Assembly: GCF_020745735.1 (NCBI RefSeq)
Contig: NC_083408.1
Span: 17,732,484 to 17,796,483 of the forward strand
Direction of reading: 5' to 3'
DNA length: 64,000 nt
Source: Hemiscyllium ocellatum
Lineage: Eukaryota
Shown piece after piece: positions 14,220 to 25,775 of the stretch (positions are counted from its first letter, which is position 1; each line of letters opens with the position of its first letter). A program made the translations under genes and the position numbers. The notes beneath the pieces were generated by a model. The model searched no databases. It was given only the letters and a program-made list of their open reading frames with translations, and was not told where the DNA came from.

Positions 14220-15490
14220 TGCTGAAAATGTGTTGCTGGAAAAGCGCAGCAGGTCAGGCAGCATCCAAGGAGCAGGAGAATCGATGTTTCGGGCATGAGT
14301 CCTTCTTCAGGAATGAGGAAAGTGTGTTCAGCAGGCTAAGATAAAAGGTAGAGAGGAGGGACTTAGAGGAGGGGCGTTGGAAATGCAATAGGTGGAAGGA
14401 GGTCAAGGTGAGGGTGATAGGCCGGCGTGGGGGTGGGGGCGGAGAGGTCAGGAAGAGGATTGCTGGTTAGGAAGGCTGTGCTGAGTTCGAGGGATTTAAC
14501 TGAGACAAGGTGGGGTGAGGGGAAATGAGGAAATTGGAGAAATCTGAGTTCATCCCTTGTGGTTGGAGGGTTTGTAGGTGGAAGATGAGGCGCTCTTCCT
14601 CCAGCCGTCGTGTTGTTATGGTCTGGTGATGGAGGAGTCCAAGGACCTGCATGTCCTTGTTGGATTGGGTGGGGGAGTTGAAGTGTTGAGCACAGAGTGG
14701 TTTGGTTGGTTAGTCCGTGTGTTCCAGAAGTGTTCTCTGAAACGTTTCGCAAGTAGGTGGCCTGTCTCCACAATATAGAGGAGGCCACATCAGTTGCAGT
14801 GGATGCAGAAAATGATGTGTGTGGAGGTGCAGGTGAATTTTTGGTCGATATGGAAGGATCCCTTGGGGCCTTGGAGGGAAGTAAAGGGGGAGGTGTGGGG
14901 GCAAGTTTTGCATGCTTTGCAGTAGCAGCGGAAGTTGCTGGGAAGGAGGTTGGGTTGGTGGCGGGGATTGTGGACCTGATGAGGGAGTCGCGGAGTGAGG
15001 TGTCTTTTCAGAACGCTGATAGCGGGGGGAAGGGAATATATCTCTGGTGGTGGGGTCCGTTTGGAGGTGGCGGAAATGATGACGGATGATACGATGCACA
15101 TGGAGGTTGGTGGGGTGGTAGGTGATGAACAGCGGGGTTCTGTCCTGGTGGCGATTGGAGGGGTGGCGCTCAAGGGCAGAGGAGCGGGAAGTGGAGGAGA
15201 TGCGGTGGAGGGCATGGTCGATCACGTCTGGGTGGAAATTGCGATCTTTGAAGAAGGACTTCATTTGGGTTGTACGGTATTGGAACTGGTCCTCCTTGGA
15301 GCAGATGCGGCGGAGGCGAAGGAATTGGGAGTATGGGATGGCGTTTTGACAGGGGGCAGTGTGGGAGGAGGTGTAGTCTAGGTAGCTGTGGTAGTCGGTC
15401 GGTCCATAGTAAATGTCTGTGTTGATTCGGTCGCACGAGATAGAAATTGAAAGTTCTCGGAAGGGGAGGGAGGAGTCTGAGACGGTTCTG
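14220..15490 (-). mobile_element. Penelope-like element (RT thumb + GIY-YIG endonuclease), 5'-truncated
   Basis: TDIYYGPTDYHSYLDYTSSH...NAIPYSQFLRLRRICS, CKACKTCPH...FTCTSTHIIFCIHC and RRLEEERLIFHLQTLQPQGMNSDF in overlapping frames. Terminal repeat at about 14220-14340. Confidence 0.88.
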
Positions 15491-17859
15491 CGTTGAAGAA
15501 TCTCATAAATGTGAGTATTAATGTCCATTTTAGCAGATTTAATTGATTCTAATTGGAATGTATCTGCCAAACTTTAGCAAAACTGAATCAGCAAACAGCT
15601 TCAAACTGTGCGTACATCCATTACATAACATTGCTGCTCCTCTTTCACTTTTCAAATGCACTGTTCCATTCCAAATAGCGGACCACCCGTTCCCATTCAT
15701 AGAAATTTGTTTCTGATGGATGGAAGTGGTTGTTTCTGTACTTCTGCCACTTTTATTGAACTAATCTCAACTTACACTTTGGAATTTGACAGTCAGGACA
15801 AAACTGTTTGTGTTGAGCTTTATCAATTTTGATCAGTTTGCCAGCTCTTCATGGTCTTGAATATTGGAATAGGACTGGGTTCTATCATCCATCTAGGGCC
15901 AGGCTGCAAGGTCATTAGATGTATAATAGGGTGGGAGATGACAAGGGAAGGAAGGAGTTTCAGTGGCTCTCATATTTCCACCTCTGTAGTATTTTATTGA
16001 TCTCAAATTAGGGAAAGAATGATCAATGTAGAGTCTGCTCTCGCCAATGCTTGCAGTTTATTAGCAGGACGTGGGTTCTCCATTGTGTGGGAGAGCTCCT
16101 CCTGCCTCCTAAAGACATACCTGGAGGACGTCCCTCCTAATGAATTACTTTCTGTCTCACAACAGAGTATCCCATCTGCAGACTGGAACAGTCTCCTATC
16201 CATGTTGGCGATCATTACGGGAACTGGAAATCCGAGTAAGTGAGTGAACGACGCCGTGAGGGCTAGAGTGTTCACAACATACCCAGGACCAGGTTGGCAG
16301 CTCCTACTGATTATTAATAAGTCATTAAGATCTCCAAATTGTTGCATGGGCAATGGGTTACTCCTACTCCTAGTAAGAGTACTGTGATTACTGCTTTTTC
16401 AGTGCTATCAAGCAAAGAGTGAAGTGCGGTCATGTGATAAAATCATTTACGTTCAGTGCTGAATACTTGAGACTTCTTTTGTGAGAAACATTATAATTCT
16501 TCTAAATGTTCTTAATGCACTTTTTGTTTCATACAATGGTGATTTTCTACATAGGATTACAGAGGAAAAACAGACCATTTGGCACAATCAGTTCGTGCCA
16601 TTGCTTATGTTCCACTCAAGATGTTTCACATCTTTCAACATCTAAATCGCCCATTGTAATCCTCTATTCCCATCCCTTCCAATTGCTCGCCTAGTTTCCT
16701 TGAAATACATCGAAACTATTGATTTCAACTATTCCATCTGGTCAAATGTTCCCCGTTCTCATCATTCTTTCAGTGAAAAGATTTCTTCTGAATTCCCTTT
16801 CTGATTTGGATTTATATCGCCAGCCTCTAGTTATGTTCTACCCCATCGTGAAATGTTTTCTCTGTACTTTCTCTTTTCAAAACCTTTCATAATTTTTGAA
16901 CTATCAGCCTTCTTTTTAAGAGAGAATTGAACAGCACGACAGTTCTTCCTTGATATACACAGCCAGAAACTTGTGTATCATTCTTAAAAATCTTCTTTTC
17001 AGTCTCTCTCATACATTCTATAACATATCAACTGAAACAGCAGACAATATTCTTAATTATAGTCCACCAATTTTTTATAGGGACCCTACTTTCAAATCTA
17101 GTTCTTTAGGGATAAAGCTTTGAGCTATGTTTGCATTTTCATGCCCTTCGGAACATTTGGTGAAATTGTTAGTGACTGATGTCATTGTCTGAGATCACTT
17201 TGTTTGTTTGCCTCACTTAGACGTGCATCTTCGAATAAGTGACCTGTACATTATTCCGACCAAGACGTAGAACCTGACATTTATCTGTGTGAATCTTCAT
17301 TTGCCAATTATTTGATCACTCCATAAATTAATTAATGGTCTCTTGCAACTTCTCGTAGTCCTCAGAGTTGACTATCTTTCAACATTCCTCTTCCAATTTG
17401 GTTTCATTGAATTGCTAAATTTTTTTGGAATAATTAGAGACAATATTTAATTTGCAGTTTTACTTCATTTTGTTTTGAGTTTTTATTTAACCACTTCGGT
17501 GCAGTAATCCACATGGTAATATAACAACTAAATGCAGAATGACAATAGCTGAAAATTATTACAAGCACAGGGCTAATTAATGGGCTCCTTTAACTGCAAG
17601 GTCAAAACAGGGAATTATTTTTTACACGAATGATATGGTGAGATTATCCATAGTGTTTTTTGTACATTTATTTTTTTGTTGCAGTTTATTTCCCCAGGTC
17701 TTTCTGTGCTACTGGTATCAAATTGAAAAGGTACCCACCCTCCATTTTAAACTACTGATAGTAAAAAAAACAGCATTTATATAAAATGCAACGTGATTTA
17801 TGAAGCCATCCCTCTAGGTTTATACATATTCAAAGCCATGTAGAGTAATAGAGAGAGTG

Positions 17860-18260
17860 GCTGAATAGGCTAGGGCTGAGGGGTGATTTTACAAAGTTTT
17901 ATAAAATCATGAGAGGCATGTATACTGTGAAGAGACAAGGTACTTTCCATGTGTTGCGTAGAGTCTCACTCTAAACCTAGCCTGGTGAGTGTAGGTTTAC
18001 AGTGAGAGGGGAAAAAGTAGAAAGTACCTAAGGAGTAACATGTCCATGCAGAGGATGCGTGTATGGAATGAACTGCCAAAGGAAGGGTTGCAATTTCAAC
18101 ATTTACAAGGCATCTGAGTGTGTATGTGAATAGGAAGGTTTGGCGGGATATGGGCCAAGTACTGGCAAATGGGACCGGATTAGTTTAGGATATCTGGTCA
18201 GCATGGGCAAGTGAGACTGAAAGGTCTGTTTCCATGTTGTCATAGAGTCATCTCTATGAC
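17860..18260 (+). mobile_element. CR1 LINE 3' fragment
   Basis: TTTATAAAATCATGAGAGGCATG...GTATGGAATGAACTGCC...GTCTGTTTCCATGTTGT. Confidence 0.75.
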
Positions 18261-20820
18261 CTATGACTCTACTCCTTTGCTCTCAATGTACTAGTAGAAT
18301 ATCTTCGGATTATCTTTAACATTATCTCCCAAGGCCATCTCATTTTCCTTTCTTACCCTCCTCACTTCCCTCTATAGAATGTCCCTGCACCTCTTGTACT
18401 CTTCGAGATTTACTTGATCTCACTTATCTATATCTAATATATGATTTGATCTTAATCTTAACCAGAGCCTCAATATCTTTATTCCTCCAGTGTTTCCTCC
18501 TCTTACCAGCCTTACCTTCACTCTAACTGTAACGCCACGCCTCTGAACTCTCGTTATCTCACTTCTGAAAGCCTCAGTCTTACCAGCCGTCCCTTTAGAT
18601 GCAAGCAGTCTACTCCAATCAACCCTTGAAAGCTTTTGCCACATACTATCAAAGCTTGCCCTAGTCCAATTAAGAACTTTAACTTATATATAATGCAAAT
18701 CATTTCCATAGATATTTTACAACTAATCGAATTATGGCCCCTGGCCCCAAACTGCTCCCCTACTAACCAATCAGTCACTTGCCCTGCCTTGTTTCACAAG
18801 AGTCGGTCAGGTTTGCTCCATCAGTGGTAGTTACATCTGGATATTAATGAAGAAAATTTTATTCAACACTGAACAAATTCCTCACCATCCAAGCTCCTAA
18901 GAGCATGGCTGCCGCATTTTATGTTTGGAAGGTTAAAATTTGCTAGTATTACAATTCTACTAATCTTATGTATAAATTAGATCCCTCAACACATTTGTTA
19001 CTCAATTTCTTTCTGACTACTGTGGGACCAAGACAATCGCATCTTCTTATTTCTGAGTTCCATCCATATAGCTTCACTGGACCATCCCTCAGAAATATCT
19101 TTTGTCAGAACAGCAGTAATATTTCACAAGAAAAATTGACTCCAATCGATTTCAAGCTCTTCCTACTTCAGCCGTACCTTTGATAGTGTGACTTGTTTTA
19201 TTAAATCAGAACTCCGTGCTGTCTCCTCAGGTCTTGCTTACACCGCTGTACCTTCAGAGAATTTTCCTTTTATTTTGATTAGTTCAAGTTCATCTCACCC
19301 GCTGTTTTGTACTTGTCAACCATTTGTTCACGGGTATTTGCCGTTTCAGAATGTAGATTTCCTTATCGTGTAGGTTCTTAGAGTTCAGTGTTTGGAGTCC
19401 TTGTTGGTTCAACCTGTGCTTTAGTCTACAATGCAAAATTACATAAAAATATTAACAGCAATTTAAGGTAAAGTGTTAGAATGCAGGAAGAACAGCTAAG
19501 CGCATTACGTTGGACAGAGAGGTTGTGGGAAAGGGCATGGAAAGCAGCAAGGTTGCCAGAACTTACGATCTCTGCCTTCCCTGATCGAACTCAACCTGTG
19601 ATTTATAATTTTTCAGGATTGTTATTCATTAATATCGGTGTGTCAGAGAGATCTCAGTCTCAGGGAGGTGTGAGGTGCTTCTTTGTTTTGTGATGAACTC
19701 AGGGGAACATACAATAGTAAGGGGGTAAAATCAAAGGGGTGAAGGAGCAGAGGATCCTCTGAGTACATCTGCACAAATCAGGGAATGTGCCATGACACGT
19801 GGACAGAAGAGCAAATATTCCGTACTTCAAGTACGCTGTAGAGAACAAATACAAAGCACTTATTTATAATAAAACAGTCGCTTGTCTCACCTGGAATATT
19901 GCATCCAGTTTCAGTTGCCACATTTTTTGAAAAAAATGCAAAGTTATGAGATTGGGTATGTGACTGATTCACAACACTATTCCCAGGAGGTTGAACCTCA
20001 CCACCTCTGAGAAATTGGGACTGTTCTCCTCCGCTGATATTTTCTACACTCTGTTAACAGTTGCTATGATTGGTTCTCAATTCCGTCTTGCGTCATCTAG
20101 ATCCCAATGGCTGAATATTTACTCATGAACTCTGACTTGCCTGATCAACATCGACCTCTGTTTTATTATTTTTGAGGGTTGCTGTTCAGTAATATCCCTG
20201 TATCAGATAGACCTCAGTTTCATTTCCTAGGATTTGACAGGTGTGGTCCGTCAAATAGATCACAGGAATTGTGCTCCATGAGATTTATGTGTGAGAAAAA
20301 CTCCAGTTCTGAGGATCCGCCCTTGGATTGTGCACATGATGTGTCTGACTACCTGACTGAACCTTGACATTTTTGGCTGATGAATGTTTCGTTGGGCGTT
20401 TTAGGTGGCGATTTATGCATTACAAACCCAGGCTGTCCCGACATTGGGAGTAATTTTATTTTAGACAGTGTAGAGTAAACTTTCAAACTCCATTGCCTGC
20501 CTTTTATAGGCTTCTGCTGGAGCCTATAAAATTATCATTGCGTGACCCGAGGCCGTGACACTTTGCACATAAGAGGAAACGTTCTCTAATCATTCTGCCT
20601 CTGGAGTGTTCCATCAGGCATATCGTGTAAAAGATGCAATTACATTAGTGGTCTGCATGGTAGCGCAGCATTAAACTAAATGACTTGATGAAACACAACC
20701 AAACAGAACAAGTGAAAGTATTTGGCTGGGAAAGGAGTTGGATGGAGGACAATGTATTATTACTGATGGGATTGACGAATGTATTAAGCAAACTCAAGGT
20801 TAGTGCATATTCATTCGAGA

Positions 20821-20826
20821 TTTATT
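20821..20826 (-). terminator. Candidate poly(A) signal for the membrane form
   Basis: First AATAAA I found downstream of the TM2 stop, about 415 nt away. Confidence 0.4.
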
Positions 20827-21240
20827 AACCATTTCAGAAAGCATTTTTACCCAAAAGTTGATGTAAAAGTTAACAGAAGTGAATATAATGGCTGAATGCC
20901 ACATTGAGACGAGAACACATGCGCTGTGAGCTGGGAATTTTCTGTCACAAGAAAGGGAATACAAGGGCTCATCATAAAGGGTACGGAACCATTCTGAATA
21001 AGGAACAAATAAAAAACAAAACAAATGGGCTTCAAACAACTGGGAAGCTACAAATTCTTCCAACAACAACTTCTCAACGATGTCAAAGTAAAAAGGAAAA
21101 TCCATTGGTAATTGTTTCAGTTACACGCTGATAAACTGAAGTGATCTCACTGTTAGAGTCAGGAACAGGGCAGATTGTAGACTGGGAATTCAGAGACCTT
21201 GATATGCAGAGCAGGAAAATCAAAGGGGTCCACAATTCAT

Positions 21241-21249
21241 TCACTTAAC
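21241..21249 (-). pseudogene. TM2 coding part (V-K-stop)
   Basis: GTCTCTTGTACAG|GTT AAG TGA, which would complete the conserved KVK cytoplasmic tail. Confidence 0.85.
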
Positions 21250-21388
21250 CTGTACAAGAGACATAAAGCAATGACGCATTTGTTTATAATCAGGGACTTT
21301 CAGATTTTTTTTTATTCAACGGCACACTTACAGATTTCAAAAAAACATATTGGGCTGTTTGGCATGTGAAAGATGTGATCATTCTCTC

Positions 21389-21507
21389 CTTCACCAGACT
21401 GACGGCTGCGCTCTAGAAAATACTCAGGAAGAACAAGGTGATGAACGTGGAAGCAGTTGTCCAGATGCTGTTGTTATCATCCTCATAGTCTTCAATCCAA
21501 GTTCGAT
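21389..21507 (-). pseudogene. TM1 exon of membrane IgM, nonsense codon and donor loss
   Basis: (D)RTWIEDYEDDNNSIWTTASTFITLFFLSIF*SAAVSLVK. TAG at 21413-21415 replaces the conserved Tyr of the antigen-receptor TM motif. Donor reads AAG|GAGAGA. Confidence 0.94.
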
Positions 21508-21777
21508 CTATTGAATATATGAATATAAAGCCGAGAAAACGCATTTAGATTGTTTATTGATCCAGACAGATCTATCTGAATCCAAGTCATTTAATTAGAG
21601 ACCATTGTATCTTCATAAAGCAGTCAGGTATTTCTCAAGTGTGACTCTTACCTGTACTTATTAGTGCAATATTGACTCTCAGCAAGAAATTACAAATGCT
21701 AACTGCACATATTCTTTCTTCATTGTGCATGTCAGAACATTTTAAATTATTTTTTCTTTTAATCGATTATTGAAAGA

Positions 21778-21820
21778 TATTATTATTATTATTATTATCA
21801 TTATCATCATCATTACTATT
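21778..21820. repeat. (ATT)n/(ATC)n microsatellite
   Basis: Directly visible trinucleotide runs. Confidence 0.85.
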
Positions 21821-22049
21821 GTTTGAGGAATGCTTATTACGAATGATTATTTTAATTATATCATTATATTTAAAATATAGGCTGTGACAGCAGTTTAGTT
21901 GAAAATTGTGGCCATCACTGAATAAAACTTCAGATGTGATTCTCATCTTTATATATTGGTGACCGATTGCTTGGCAAATCATGAATAGAAGTGACATCAC
22001 AGTCAGGACATTGCTTCATATTTTTGTTTGTAGGATCTGTATATTTAGG

Positions 22050-23170
22050 AATAATTTTTTGTACATGTTGCCCTTAATTTATTTGATCTACTGCTTGGTG
22101 TGTTTGGTTTTCCTTTAATGTTTGTGTATGTGGTTATGAGAGACTCTTCACTCTTGCCCATGCTGGAGTCTGTGCATGAATAAACATATTCCTGTTCCTT
22201 TACTGCTTGTGTGCTCATGTGTTTGTGTATGTAAATTTTGGTCCTCTCGTATTATGTAAGCATTACCATGCTAATATGCCACTTCGTTGCTGGCTATGCT
22301 TAACTTGTAATGTCTTTGTGAGTATTCACTTTTCATCAGTGCTATCTAAAATGTGTGCGTATGTGTCTGTTTCAGATCCAACCTACACTGTATTACTTTC
22401 ATGTTTATGCTTAATAAATGTTAGCATGCAATGTCAATTTTGATGGATGTTAATATTTATATGATGATGTCTGCTTGTGTGGCAATCTTTCCCAAACCAT
22501 CTCCTGAGAAGTTTGTTTGTGTTATTGTTTGTGGATGCTTGCTGATGCTTGTGCCCATTCTCCTTATTTAATAAACACCCCTCTGTTTGTTGATCTATGC
22601 AATTGTGTGTCTGCATGTGGGACTCTGAATTTGTGTGTACATGACATTGTATACATGCTGATCAATGTGGTTACAAAATAACTAATCAAGCTGCCTCTGT
22701 CATCGTATGTTTGTGATTCTGAAAATGGGATAATAACGATATTAATGTTTATCTCTGTGCACTTATGTGCCTGTGGAAGTCGACATGTAGGAGGACATTC
22801 TTTGGAATATATACATGTGTGTTCATGCGTATGTGTCTACACACATTGTGCTGTATGACTGCATATGAATTCATGTCCATATGCGTGTTAGCGTGTGTCT
22901 ATGTTTCTCATGGTTATGTGTGGTACCACTGTTCATTTGTGCAAATGCTTTTCTTTATGTGTATGTGAGATTTTGTAAGAGCTTTGGTGAGTGCTCAAGT
23001 AACACTTGCATGTGTGGCTCTGTGCGAGTATGCGTTTGAGACGTCTTATCTATAAGCAGATTTGAGTGCACACATAAATTAGTGTCTTTAGGTGAGAGCC
23101 TGTATATCTGTCTTTACCTGTGTATTTGGGATAATCTCTCTGTGTCTGCGTGTGTTTCTGCTCTTTTACC
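22050..23170. repeat. Degenerate TG-rich low-complexity tract in the Cmu4-TM1 intron
   Basis: About 1.1 kb dense in TGTG/TATG units with few CA units on the plus strand. Confidence 0.7.
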
Positions 23171-23499
23171 AGACTCCAATTTATATTATTCTAATTTTAT
23201 TGTTCTAATTTTAATTGATTGCCTACAATTAGATCTGACCTTGGTGTTATAAGAAACGTTTCCCATCATCGTGGAGAGATCAGCCTTTTATGAGCAACCC
23301 TTCTGTTGCAATGATATAATTTCTGTCTCTGAGACAAAAGGCCTGAGTTCAAATCCCCACTGCCCCAGAGATGACATTTCTTAATATGTTTATCAGAAAA
23401 TGTCTAATTGTGTTATGTATGTGAAACAAAATGATATCTGGTGCTCGAATACCAGAATTGATCCCATGTGCTACAGAAAACGGAGATAACACTATGGAA

Positions 23500-23860
23500 T
23501 TCAAACACCAGTTTTAGATTATGGGTGTCATGGTTAGGATAAATAGGCAAAGTCTTTTCCCTGGAGTTGGGGAGTCCAGAACGAGGCAGCATAGTTTTAG
23601 GGTGAGAGGGGAAAGATATAAAAGAGACCAAGGGCCAACTTTTTCACGCAGAGGGTGGTACGTGCATGGAACGAGCTGCCAGAGAATGTGGTGGAGGCTG
23701 GTACAATTGCAACATTTAAGAGGCAATTGGATGGGTATATGGATAGGACGGGTTTGGAGGGATATGGGCAGGGTGCTGGCAGGTGAGACTAGATTAGGTT
23801 GGAATATCTGGTCGGCATGGACGGGTTGGACCATTCTGTACATCTCTATGATTCTACGAC
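23500..23860 (+). mobile_element. CR1 LINE 3' fragment
   Basis: RINRQSLFPGVGESRTRQHSFRVRGERYK followed by the CR1 3' UTR. Confidence 0.85.
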
Positions 23861-24625
23861 TCTGTTTATTAACAGGCTCAAACTTGACCAACATGTTTCA
23901 AATGTATTATTTTGCATGTAAATTTTAGATCTTCGGACAGTAAGAAAGAAGCTGACTGTTCCTCTTAACAACTGGGTTACATTACAGATGACATCTACCA
24001 TGAACACTCTGCATAGTGAGCAAGAGGAGAGACCATTCATCGTTCAACTCCTCTCCACAACAAATTATCTATCGATTCTCTTTGGTGTGAAAGTGAAGAT
24101 ATATTCTGTCAAATCATGCACTGGCGCAAGATCCCTGGCAGCTCCCCAGGAACAAAGGGTACATTCAAACTGCTCTGCACTCTTTATCATTGTTATGTTC
24201 CAATCAAATTTAATTTTAAAGCGTCTTAAATTTATATTTCCAATTAGTACAATGTGGCAGATTAAAACTGACATGAATTTTATAAGAATGTCCAATGGGG
24301 GGAATCAAGAATGCCAAGTTCAAAACTCGTGCTCTACCCTTGACATAAAATGGACATTGTCATATTTTGTCACAGAGGGGTGTGGGATCGATAAGGTAAT
24401 TGACGGAATCCTGAAATGAGTGAACTTTACCCTGTCTCTGACCCAGTGTGTATCTGAGCCTAGAACATTAACTGCACAAAGCACTCCTCCTAGACCTGTT
24501 AATAATCTACTTCACAGATGGAATGTAAGTCAGAGTGGAAAACAATTAATTCAGCATTTAACTCACAACTGGAGAAAAAAAATCGTTATTACTTCTGTTG
24601 AATTATTAAATGCAACTTTGAGATT

Positions 24626-24631
24626 TTTATT
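24626..24631 (-). terminator. AATAAA overlapping the secretory stop codon (candidate polyadenylation signal)
   Basis: Minus strand reads TGT CAA TAA AAATC. Use of this hexamer is not demonstrated. Confidence 0.4.
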
Positions 24632-25018
24632 GACATGAATTAACAGTGTCCATCAGTGCAAGTGAAATGTTTACGAAACTCGGTTTATCGCTGGATTTAT
24701 CGACCGTTCTGTTGCTGATCTTCATTGGAATCGCTTCATGTCCCACCACACAGAAGTAAGAAGCACCGCTGGCCCACTCCTCCGCTGTAATGGATAACAG
24801 GCTGTACATGAAGAAGGAGATGTTGTCACTCTCCACCATCACCTCGGTGTTCTTGTAGTTACTGAGATTCACCGGCTTGTCATTGTTTGTCCACTTGACG
24901 AAGATCTCTCGGGGGGAGAAACCTCTCACTAAACAGGTGAAGGAAAGAAACCTCTGAGCGGAGATTTCTTCTGTTGGTGGCAGGAGAACCGACACTGACG
25001 GCTTCAGCGCATTAATCA
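24627..25018 (-). pseudogene. Cmu4 exon with secretory tailpiece; reading frame intact within the pseudogene
   Basis: [42 protein letters not shown]...[49 protein letters not shown]. Both Cys, the Trp, the tailpiece NxS sequon and the penultimate Cys are retained. CTGCAG acceptor. Confidence 0.95.
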
Positions 25019-25467
25019 CTGCAGAATATTTGAGACAAATATAAATCAACCAAAAAAATCCTGAACCAATATCACAATTTCACTAAATATTAAAATACGC
25101 CATTTTTAATTTGGGGTTTATTCACTTCTGTTTTCTAAAGGAGCAGAATGGTACACATTCTGTTCGGTACAAAAAGTAAAGTTGAAGATGAAATTTGCCT
25201 CCATGTTTCCAGCCCACAACAAGGGCATTCTGTCCAATTGTCATTGCTGATGGTGACATCACAACCCAGGCTTCTTCCCACCTTATCTGACGTAATCAGA
25301 GTATAATATCCTTTGATCAATCGTTTTCTCTTCCTCAGCTAGCCTGCCTTCAGATACATCATTGGTGCTGCCAACGGTGTTTGTTCATTACCAATCAAAA
25401 CCTGTCATTGATGTAACTGGATCTGGATGACACATGGGATGCTTTGTGTTTTCATTTCACCGCTCAC

Positions 25468-25775
25468 GTTTCTCCTTGTGATACAGTCTCTCAGCGGAGT
25501 CGGTATATTCTGATGGTACACCACACATTCAAAAGTAACTCCACTCAGCCAGGCTTCAGTAGAAATGTCTAATTTGCTGATCACGCTGTCGGGATTCTGT
25601 CCAGGAAGGTCAGCAATCTCTGATTTCAGAGGCTTCTTTTCTTGTGTCCAGGTAACGTTGACTCCAGAAGGAAAATTGGACACAACGCAGGTTAACATCA
25701 CTGTCGCCTCCAGTCAGACTTGCTGTATTGGCGGTGAGAGGATTTTAACGGTGTTAGCGTGGCACTCGGTATCTT
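25468..25775 (-). pseudogene. Cmu3 exon, stop plus 1-nt deletion
   Basis: [55 protein letters not shown]...[24 protein letters not shown], then a frameshift (HKEK read as TRRN). TGA at 25714-25716. Length 308 nt (309 expected). Confidence 0.94.

Noticed and set aside
16012-16140. PHD-finger-like reading (NDQCRVCS...LLPPKDIPGG)
   Set aside because: The remaining Cys/His ligands are not correctly spaced and the frame ends in TAA; likely chance.
10247-18700. Isolated perfect octamers ATGCAAAT at 10247, 13054 and 18693
   Set aside because: They are scattered in AT-rich or TE-derived sequence with no clustering, at a frequency compatible with chance.
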